In this document: piece by piece, positions 22,750 through 29,165 of the stretch
Numbering within the stretch: position 1 is the first letter of the stretch
Layout: every line of letters begins with the position of its first letter
DNA from: Patescibacteria group bacterium
Lineage (GTDB): Bacteria > Patescibacteriota > Patescibacteriia > 2-01-FULL-39-33
Length of the DNA: 32,000 nucleotides
Reading direction: 5' to 3'
NCBI GenBank assembly: GCA_041662745.1
Contig: JBAZRV010000005.1
Coordinates: 1-32,000, forward strand
The notes under the pieces: model-generated
Database searches by the model: none
The model's input: the letters and a program-made list of their open reading frames with translations, nothing else
Told to the model about the DNA's origin: nothing
Made by a program: the position numbers and the translations under genes

Positions 22750-24300
22750 ATGCCCACACTTACTAAGAAACAAAAAAACGTTCTTGATTTTATTGAGGGC
22801 TATCGCGATAGGAAGCACTATTCCCCCTCCCATGAAGAGATCAAGAATCACTTCAAGCTATCTTCCGTTTCAACTGCGCATCATTATATCTCCAAGTTGC
22901 AGAAGGCCGGATATCTGAAAAAAGAAGATAACCAGCCGAGATCAATAAACCTCTGCTTCGAACCGGTAATCCAGATTGATCTATTGGGCAATATTACTGC
23001 CGGCCAGCCAATCGAAGCGATTGAATTAGGCAAGGAAACAATCGCTATTCCTAGCTATGGACTTAATAGGAATAGTAGCTATTACGCTCTCAAAGTCAAG
23101 GGCGACAGCATGATCGATGAAGGGATATTCGACGGCAGCATCGTAGTCATCAAGAAGCAATCAACTGCTGAAAACGGCCAGACCGTAGTCGCCGTGATAG
23201 ATGATAACGAGGCAACACTGAAAATGATATACCGCGAAAAGAATAAATTCCGCTTGCAGCCAGCCAACCAAAGCATGCTTCCCTTTTACCGCAAAGAAGT
23301 GGAAATCCGCGGGGTAGTGATAAAAATCATCAGGGATTTATATAAAGAAGAGCAGAAATTCAGAACTCTTGATCTATTCGCAGGCGTAGGTGGCATCAGG
23401 CTGGGATTTGAAAAAGCCGGTTTCGAGACCGTATTCGCTAATGACTTTGAAAAAGCCTGCGCAGATACTTATAACAAGAACTTCAAGACTTCAAAATTAG
23501 TAGTAGAGGATATTAGGAGAATCGGAATCGATGATCTGCCTGAATTCGACTTCCTGCTCGGCGGCTTTCCTTGCCAGGCATTCTCAATAGCTGGCTACCG
23601 CAAAGGATTCGAAGATGACAAAGGGCGGGGCAACCTATTCTTTGATGTCGCAAGGATAATAGAAACCAGAAGGCCGACAGGATTCCTAATGGAAAACGTC
23701 AAGAACCTTAAAAGCCATGATAACGGACGGACATTCAAAATCATCAAAGAAACCCTGGAAAACCTCGGCTATCATATCAAAGCCAGGGTTTTGAATAGCG
23801 TGGAGTACGGCAATATCCCCCAGAACCGTGAAAGGATTTACATCGCCGGATTCAGGGACAAAAGGCATTGCGATAATTTCGAATTCCCAAAGCCGGTGAA
23901 ACTGACAAACAAGGTTGCAGATCTTCTCGAAAAAAAAGTTGATGAAAAATATTATTACAATGGAAAGCCTCTTTACCAAAAGCTTAAGGATTTCGTGAAA
24001 GAAAAAAATAAAGTCTACCAATGGCGCCGCCAATACGTCCGTGAAAATAAAAAAGGCGTCTGTCCGACGCTGACTGCGAATATGGGGATGGGCGGCCATA
24101 ATGTTCCGATTATCAAGGATGACAAAGGCATTAGGAAGCTTACGCCGTTAGAATGTTTTAGGCTCCAGGGATTTCCAAAGAGCTTCGAGCTTCCAGCTAA
24201 TTTGGCTGATTCAGCTCTTTACAAGCAGGCCGGCAATTCAGTTACAGTTACAGTATTGGAAGCGGTAGGCAAGCAAATGATGCAGGCTGTCAGCGACTAA
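22750..24300 (+). CDS. fusion protein: LexA-type repressor (wHTH + S24 peptidase) joined to a DNA (cytosine-5) methyltransferase
   Basis: LexA part: the HTH SVSTAHHYISKLQKAGYL, Ala84-Gly85 in ITAGQP (22999-23004), GDSM with Ser120 (23107-23109), and ATLKM with Lys158. MTase part: DLFAGVGG (I), GGFPCQAFS (IV, Cys codon 23572-23574), ENVKNL (VI), QNRERIYI (VIII), QAGNSV (X). No stop codon or frameshift separates the two parts. Confidence 0.85.
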   Translation: MPTLTKKQKNVLDFIEGYRDRKHYSPSHEEIKNHFKLSSVSTAHHYISKLQKAGYLKKEDNQPRSINLCFEPVIQIDLLGNITAGQPIEAIELGKETIAIPSYGLNRNSSYYALKVKGDSMIDEGIFDGSIVVIKKQSTAENGQTVVAVIDDNEATLKMIYREKNKFRLQPANQSMLPFYRKEVEIRGVVIKIIRDLYKEEQKFRTLDLFAGVGGIRLGFEKAGFETVFANDFEKACADTYNKNFKTSKLVVEDIRRIGIDDLPEFDFLLGGFPCQAFSIAGYRKGFEDDKGRGNLFFDVARIIETRRPTGFLMENVKNLKSHDNGRTFKIIKETLENLGYHIKARVLNSVEYGNIPQNRERIYIAGFRDKRHCDNFEFPKPVKLTNKVADLLEKKVDEKYYYNGKPLYQKLKDFVKEKNKVYQWRRQYVRENKKGVCPTLTANMGMGGHNVPIIKDDKGIRKLTPLECFRLQGFPKSFELPANLADSALYKQAGNSVTVTVLEAVGKQMMQAVSD

Positions 24301-25481
24301 TCATCCTCGGATTCCCCAGACCTATCTTCCTTTACCTCCCCCGCAAATTCTTCATAAGATCCGACTTTAGTGAAGTCAATGTCATATTTTCCTTCTCCAA
24401 TTTTGTATATTACGACTGAGTCCAAGCCGATCTCCTCTAATTTGCCATAAGTCAAAAGATCTCTTTCTTTCAGATCCAGTATGTCTCGAAGAAGCCACTG
24501 GCCCAGTGCCGAATTAGGATTGCTCATCAACGCCTTTGATCCGTCCTGGCATACCTTGGCTGACATTTCAGCGCCATTCGGCAGGAGCAGGGTGAATGAA
24601 GTGTCGCGCGGAGGGAAAAATCCCGGATATTCAGAATGTATCAATGCCGGGATCGGAATATACACTTCATCAGGATTTCTCGGCCTGCCTAAGGCATTCC
24701 ATTGATTGAGTCCGCTCCTGGCCGGCACTTCTTTAATTCCTTTTTTTGATGAATAAAGCGGAAGAAAAACATGAGTAAGAGCCTTAATGGGCGCAAAAAC
24801 AACTTCCCGTTCAACTTTCCTGAAAACATTTTCAAGCGCATCAAAGGGATTCTCCAGTATTTTTACCGGAAAATCCAATAATGCATCGGATAAATTAAAC
24901 CTTTTGTATAATGTGCTCTTGGTCACATTGAAGGAGTACTCATTGCTGCCGTCGCTGAATGAAATCGCATTCGCATTCTTTCCTGATTTGATATTCCTTA
25001 TTTTTGATAAATTTACCAGATCCATTCCTGATTCATAAACCAAAATACCGCCCTTTTTCCGAGTAACGCAGTGATACATCATTTTTTCCAAACCGAATAT
25101 TCTTTTTGTCGCGTTAATCCGCTCATTCCTCAGCCCGGCTATCTTAATGACTTTTCCCTTATCATCCAAATTTCGGAATAAATTATGCTCGCTATTGAAT
25201 TCAGCGATCTTCTGCATAGTCGCTCCATTGCCTTCAAGGAAAGTTTTGATTCCGATTCCAACTTTATTCTTAGCCGCATCAGCTGAACAGTCGGTTCTGG
25301 ATAAATTGTCGGCATTAAAAGACTTGCAAAATAAATTTTCTGCAATCCTGTATTGGATATACGGCTCCTGGCTTTCTGAAAACAAACGGGACAACGATCC
25401 GATCGTACGGAGCATCTCCTGATAATATGATATGCTTTTCTTGTCCTGCTTATTCAGAAACATATAATGATATTTTCTCAC
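24297..25481 (-). CDS. putative type II restriction endonuclease partnering the C5 methyltransferase
   Basis: The call rests mainly on context: the gene converges on the MTase gene with a 4-nt overlap at the 3' ends (24297-24300). A candidate PD-(D/E)xK-like segment is TDCSADAAKNKVGIGIKTF. No family was recognised. The start may be the ATG at 25463 (MFLNK...), just after a promoter. Confidence 0.5.
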   Translation of the reverse strand: MRKYHYMFLNKQDKKSISYYQEMLRTIGSLSRLFSESQEPYIQYRIAENLFCKSFNADNLSRTDCSADAAKNKVGIGIKTFLEGNGATMQKIAEFNSEHNLFRNLDDKGKVIKIAGLRNERINATKRIFGLEKMMYHCVTRKKGGILVYESGMDLVNLSKIRNIKSGKNANAISFSDGSNEYSFNVTKSTLYKRFNLSDALLDFPVKILENPFDALENVFRKVEREVVFAPIKALTHVFLPLYSSKKGIKEVPARSGLNQWNALGRPRNPDEVYIPIPALIHSEYPGFFPPRDTSFTLLLPNGAEMSAKVCQDGSKALMSNPNSALGQWLLRDILDLKERDLLTYGKLEEIGLDSVVIYKIGEGKYDIDFTKVGSYEEFAGEVKEDRSGESEDD

Positions 25482-25500
25482 TTTACCGCTATTGTGTCAA
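25472..25500 (-). promoter_or_regulatory. promoter for the putative endonuclease gene (leaderless or very short leader)
   Basis: The minus strand reads TTGACA (25500-25495), a 17-nt spacer, then GAAAAT (25477-25472). The ATG at 25463 follows 8 nt after the -10 element. Confidence 0.45.
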
Positions 25501-25524
25501 TTCGAATATAAACTGCCGAAAGCC

Positions 25525-25584
25525 AGTCTAGAACCAAAACGACCGGTTCGCCAGTGGCGGATCGGTCGCGCAGGAAAACAAGTT
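25525..25584 (-). terminator. terminator after the asparaginase operon; third, partial copy of the island-end repeat
   Basis: GTCTAGAACCAAAACGACCGG (25525-25545) is identical to 27472-27492. A different 16-nt hairpin body follows, then CGGTCG, then GGAAAACAAGTTC (25572-25584), which is identical to 27518-27530. No tRNA fragment follows. The minus strand gives the stem CGACCG..CGGTCG followed by TTTTGG. Confidence 0.6.
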
Positions 25585-25622
25585 CTTGGTTTTTATATTT
25601 GGATATAATAATGAAATTTAAT

Positions 25623-26654
25623 TTAGGTGGTAATCTCACCAACAATACTAGTATTAATCGCTCGTGATAAAGCTTTCGCTGATTTTAGTCCTTGTGCCAA
25701 AACCCACATAAATTTAACTTGAGCCATAACATCAGTTAAATCGCCAGCTGGAATAGCCCCCGCATCCAATGCTAATTTTCCTGGTTCATAAATATCCATA
25801 TGGGTTTGACCGCCGACAAATTTAGTCGAAACAATAACTGGAATTTTAAGAACATTGACGGATTCACTGATAACTGGAAGAAGTGAGTACTCATTTTCAC
25901 TCGGAACATTACCTGCACCCAATGATTTTAGTAACAAACCTTCGACCCCCCCCAATCGCAAAATTTTCGTAAGAATTTTTGGCTCTAGCCCTGGCACTAA
26001 ATCAATTGCAAGAATTCCTCGCTGGAATTCTGCATTAACTTTTAATGGTGTTTTTCTTTCCACCCTGAATGCTTCTGGAATAAAATGAACACCTACGGCG
26101 TCTATCCTGGCTAAATGTGGAAAGGCTGGCGAATCAAATGCAGGGAATCTTGCTTCGCTGGTTTTTATAGCTCTGACGGCTCGCAGGACGCTATCGCTAA
26201 AACAAATCATTACTTCCGCAATTTTCTCATCGCAAGCTTGAAGAGCTGTCTTCATTGAATTTTCTAAATTGAAGCGTGCGTCTGTACCATAGGCAACTAA
26301 GGGAAGTTGTGAGCCCGTAAAGACAATAGGAATTTTTAACCCTCTACCAAGCGCAAGAGCAACACCGCCAGCTGTATATGTCATAGTGTCAGTACCATGC
26401 GTAATAATAATAGCGTCCGCTTGATTATGGATTTCTTTGATTTTAAGGGCTAATTTTTTCCAATGGGTCGGGTTAATATTTGTGCTATCCAGACGTTCAA
26501 GCTCTAAGAAAGAAACATCTGCCATTTCTTGTAATGATGGAACTATAGCAAGAATCTCCTTTATGCTTTTAGCGGGCTTCAAAACTCCCGATGGGTCTGG
26601 AACCATTGCAATAGTTCCGCCAAATCCTAGTATTACAATTTTTCGTTTCTTCAT
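25623..26654 (-). CDS. ansA: L-asparaginase, type I (cytosolic/archaeal-like)
   Basis: ILGFGGTIAM (Thr nucleophile motif), ITHGTDTM and the overall length are typical of type I asparaginases. A GatD-like role cannot be excluded. Confidence 0.8.
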   Translation of the reverse strand: MKKRKIVILGFGGTIAMVPDPSGVLKPAKSIKEILAIVPSLQEMADVSFLELERLDSTNINPTHWKKLALKIKEIHNQADAIIITHGTDTMTYTAGGVALALGRGLKIPIVFTGSQLPLVAYGTDARFNLENSMKTALQACDEKIAEVMICFSDSVLRAVRAIKTSEARFPAFDSPAFPHLARIDAVGVHFIPEAFRVERKTPLKVNAEFQRGILAIDLVPGLEPKILTKILRLGGVEGLLLKSLGAGNVPSENEYSLLPVISESVNVLKIPVIVSTKFVGGQTHMDIYEPGKLALDAGAIPAGDLTDVMAQVKFMWVLAQGLKSAKALSRAINTSIVGEITT

Positions 26655-26657
26655 AAG

Positions 26658-27173
26658 TTATTTTTCGTTTATTTCTTTTGAGGCAATTATCTCACCGTCT
26701 TTTCTTTCATCAATAGTATAACCGACTTTGGCATGCCCTTGTTTTAATAATTCAGTTTCTGCTGGTTCTTCAGCGATTAATTTGCCAAAAACTAAGCTGC
26801 AATCATTTGCCCGAGCGACAGAGTCAGCGATTCCAAGCAGCTGCTCGCCGATTTTTTTACCTCGCAAATCAGGCCTGACGTATCTATCCGCAATATACAA
26901 ATAATTAGCCGAACTGCCATCTTTTTTATTATAAATTTTAAACAGTTTTAGATTTATAAAATAACGTTGATCTTCGCCTGTAAGATTGATTCTGTAGGCG
27001 GTCGATTTCGCTAAATCAACATCCAATAACTTTACGCCAACGGTTATAAGTTCGGAATAATTGTTTATCTTGCCTAATCTGGTTTCCAGAGCTTGAATTT
27101 GGCCATCGACTCTGATTCGATATTCATCATCAACAATTAAGCTGTAATCCCTAGTTACGGCAGAATCATACAA
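26658..27173 (-). CDS. GNAT-family N-acetyltransferase
   Basis: YIADRYVRPDLRGKKIGEQLLGIADSVARAN is a GNAT motif A (V-x-P-x-x-R-G-x-x-I-G-x-x-L). The stop lies 3 nt from the asparaginase start. Confidence 0.65.
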   Translation of the reverse strand: MYDSAVTRDYSLIVDDEYRIRVDGQIQALETRLGKINNYSELITVGVKLLDVDLAKSTAYRINLTGEDQRYFINLKLFKIYNKKDGSSANYLYIADRYVRPDLRGKKIGEQLLGIADSVARANDCSLVFGKLIAEEPAETELLKQGHAKVGYTIDERKDGEIIASKEINEK

Positions 27174-27233
27174 GGTGCTGTCTTTAGCCGCCTGGATAAA
27201 TTTAATATATATTTGTTTAGTGGCTCCAATAGT

Positions 27234-27383
27234 TTATCGCGCCATGCCTTCAGCCGATGACAAAAGACGTTCTCTTTCAGCCAAAGACAACTCGGACAAC
27301 CTTTCTGGATTGTGCAAATAATCGGCTAATTGGGGCTCGCCTTCATACTGTTCCCGATCCTCGTAACGTCCAAATTTTTCCAT
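27234..27383 (-). CDS. possible 49-aa acidic small protein at the head of the GNAT-asparaginase operon
   Basis: The reverse complement reads ATG GAA AAA TTT GGA CGT TAC GAG... (MEKFGRYEDREQYEGEPQLADYLHNPERLSELSLAERERLLSSAEGMAR). It falls below the ORF-track length cut-off. It sits directly after an extended -10 promoter, with no RBS. Confidence 0.3.
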   Translation of the reverse strand: MEKFGRYEDREQYEGEPQLADYLHNPERLSELSLAERERLLSSAEGMAR

Positions 27384-27406
27384 AAATATCATTCATTTAT
27401 ATGTGT

Positions 27407-27414
27407 ATTATACA
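27407..27414 (-). promoter_or_regulatory. extended -10 promoter for the small-ORF/GNAT/asparaginase operon
   Basis: The minus strand reads TGTATAAT, 23 nt upstream of the ATG at 27383. Confidence 0.4.
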
Positions 27415-27473
27415 CTATTTTAACTAAAAACAAAAGTCGAACGAACTAACTTCGAACTTTGCCCCCAATCGGT

Positions 27474-27550
27474 CTAGAACCAAAACGACCGGCATTCATG
27501 ACGAATGTCGGTCGTTTGGAAAACAAGTTCAAAGCTCAGCGGACTGGATT
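27474..27550. repeat. right direct repeat of the island (att-like), overlapping the 3' end of the intact tRNA-Asn
   Basis: It matches 12264-12333 (see that entry). It comprises the tRNA 3' 16 nt (27535-27550), the 17-nt trailer, and the terminator hairpin GACCGGCATTC..GAATGTCGGTC. Confidence 0.7.
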
Positions 27551-27606
27551 CGAACCAGTAACCTACCGGTTAACAGCCGGTTGCTCTACCATTGAGCTAC
27601 CGCTGA
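27535..27606 (-). tRNA. tRNA-Asn (anticodon GTT)
   Basis: A 72-nt cloverleaf folded by hand: acceptor TCAGCGG/CCGCTGA, D stem GCTC/GAGC, anticodon stem ACCGG/CCGGT with loop CTGTTAA (GTT = 27574-27572), T stem ACTGG/CCAGT with loop TTCGAAT, and discriminator G. CCA is not encoded. Confidence 0.9.
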
Positions 27607-27643
27607 ACCTTGAACTTGTTTTATTTTTTTAAGTTCATCCAAT

Positions 27644-27791
27644 TTAACAGCCGGCGAGCCGGTTGCTCTTCCTGGGCAGCGCTGAACGCTCCCATTGGTC
27701 GCGTTCATCGACACTCGACTTCGCCTTGAGGCTCGTCTTGTTTCTGCCCGTCCATCCGCTAAAGCGGATCGGACCCATTTCGCTACCGCTG
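27644..27791 (-). pseudogene. tRNA-Asn 5'-half pseudogene whose D-loop is replaced by a ~114-nt structured insert
   Basis: The minus strand reads TCAGCGGTAGC (27791-27781, equal to tRNA positions 1-11), then 114 nt (27780-27667), then GAGCAACCGG[CTCGCCGG]CTGTTAA (equal to the D-stem 3' strand through the anticodon loop, with an 8-nt insertion). Similarity to the tRNA ends exactly after the anticodon loop. It is preceded by its own copy of the leader (AAAACAAGTCCAAGGT). Confidence 0.55.
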
Positions 27792-27829
27792 AACCTTGGA
27801 CTTGTTTTATCGATCAAAAATAACTTAAT

Positions 27830-27859
27830 TATATTAGCAAAAAAATCGCCGTTTGTCAA
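27830..27859 (-). promoter_or_regulatory. promoter for the pseudo-tRNA / tRNA-Asn transcription unit
   Basis: The minus strand reads TTGACA (27859-27854), an 18-nt spacer, then TAATAT (27835-27830). It lies just downstream of the rpoD stop. Confidence 0.5.
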
Positions 27860-27881
27860 TAATTTACCGGCTGTGGAAAAC

Positions 27882-29141
27882 TTAGTAATCCCTTAATTTT
27901 TCTATTCCTTGGATTTTTTCAATCTTCTCCAGCGCCTTGGCTTCAATCTGGCGGATGCGCTCGCGGGTAACGTCAAACTCCTTGCCCACCTCTTCCAGCG
28001 TATGCGCCACGCCGTCGCGCAGACCGAAACGCATTTCCAACACCTTTTGTTCGCGCGGCGTCAACTCGCTGATCACCTGCCGGACATAATCGCTCAAGAT
28101 GCGCAAAGCGGCGGCGCGATCCGGCGTCAGCGTCTTCTGGTCTTCAATAAAATCCTCCAGCACCGAATCTTCACTGTCGTCGCCCACGGGCGTGCCCAGC
28201 GATATCGTCTCTTGCGAAATCTTTAAAATATGCAAAACCTTTTCCAGCTCCTCGCCCATTTCCGCGGCGATCTCTTCGGGCATGGGTTCGCGCCCCAGAT
28301 CCTGCACCAAGCGCCGTTCCACTTGCTGAAAACGATTGATGTTCTCCACCATATGGACGGGAATGCGGATAGTGCGCGACTGATCGGCCAGCGACCGGGT
28401 AATGGCCTGGCGAATCCACCAAGTGGCGTAAGTGGAAAACTTATAGCCCTTATGATAGTCAAACTTTTCTACGGCGCGGAACAAGCCGATGTTGCCTTCC
28501 TGAATCAGATCCAACAGCGACAGATTCTTGCCGGTGAACTTTTTGGCAATGGAAACCACCAGGCGCAGATTGGCCTTGATCAGTTTTTGTTTGGCTTCCA
28601 CATCGCCCCGTTCAATCCGTTTGGCCAAAGAGATTTCTTCTTCGGTGTGCAACAAGGGCACCTTGCCGATTTCGCGCAGATACATCTGAATGGAATCGGC
28701 GGAAATGTCGCCCAAATCAATATTCTCCCCCAAAGTAATCTTGGCGGCTTTCTTTTCCTTGGCGGTCAGTGGCGGTGGCGGTACGCCGGTCGGCGGTTTG
28801 CCCAGCAAGGACGGCGTTTCCACGACGGCGATATTGGCATAATCCAAATCATCCAGTATGCCTTCGTACTGGTCAACGTATTCCTCTATCTCCGGGTAGA
28901 GCAACGCCAATTCCTGCTCGGTTACAAAACCGCGGATCCTGCCCTTCTTCATTACCGCTTCAATCTCCAGCGGATTGGGCAGAACTGCCTGATGCGCCGT
29001 TTCTTTGGCTCGCGCTTTGGCCTGGTGCGGTTTCTTGCCCCTGGCCGGCTTGCGCGCTTTGCTCGGCTTGCGCGCCGGCTTCTTCTTGGCCTTGGCTTTG
29101 ACCGGCTTCTTGGCCGGTTTTTTCTTTTTTATTTTTGGCAT
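27882..29141 (-). CDS. rpoD: primary RNA polymerase sigma factor (sigma-70 family)
   Basis: Region 2 ([30 protein letters not shown]), region 3, and region 4.2 ([26 protein letters not shown]) are present. The N-terminal ~50 aa are an unusual Lys/Ala/Pro-rich basic tract. Confidence 0.9.
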   Translation of the reverse strand: MPKIKKKKPAKKPVKAKAKKKPARKPSKARKPARGKKPHQAKARAKETAHQAVLPNPLEIEAVMKKGRIRGFVTEQELALLYPEIEEYVDQYEGILDDLDYANIAVVETPSLLGKPPTGVPPPPLTAKEKKAAKITLGENIDLGDISADSIQMYLREIGKVPLLHTEEEISLAKRIERGDVEAKQKLIKANLRLVVSIAKKFTGKNLSLLDLIQEGNIGLFRAVEKFDYHKGYKFSTYATWWIRQAITRSLADQSRTIRIPVHMVENINRFQQVERRLVQDLGREPMPEEIAAEMGEELEKVLHILKISQETISLGTPVGDDSEDSVLEDFIEDQKTLTPDRAAALRILSDYVRQVISELTPREQKVLEMRFGLRDGVAHTLEEVGKEFDVTRERIRQIEAKALEKIEKIQGIEKLRDY

Positions 29142-29165
29142 GACGAATTGTTTTTAGAATAAAAA

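Larger units (their letters stand above)
12264..27550. mobile_element. tRNA-Asn-associated genomic island (defence/phage-remnant cargo), including its flanking repeats
   Basis: Supported by the direct repeats at 12264-12333 and 27474-27550, which contain the tRNA 3' end. Composition shifts sharply inside the island. The cargo comprises a recombinase, methyltransferases, nucleases, a reverse transcriptase and terminase-like HTH proteins. Confidence 0.6.

Noticed and set aside
26658-27383. Calling the small ORF + GNAT pair a TacAT/AtaRT-type toxin-antitoxin system.
   Set aside because: The 49-aa ORF shows no ribbon-helix-helix or DUF1778 pattern and is separated from the GNAT by 60 nt. The GNAT is translationally coupled to the asparaginase instead. 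This is kept only as a low-priority hypothesis.
28230-29162. Long plus-strand ORFs of 310 aa (28230-29162) and 295 aa (29946-30833), plus several shorter ones, lying antisense to rpoD and dnaG.
   Set aside because: They lie entirely opposite genes with unambiguous conserved motifs. Their sequences are low-complexity (Leu/Arg/Gly/Phe-rich), as expected for shadow frames in the GC-richer part of the window. No RBS or promoter is present.
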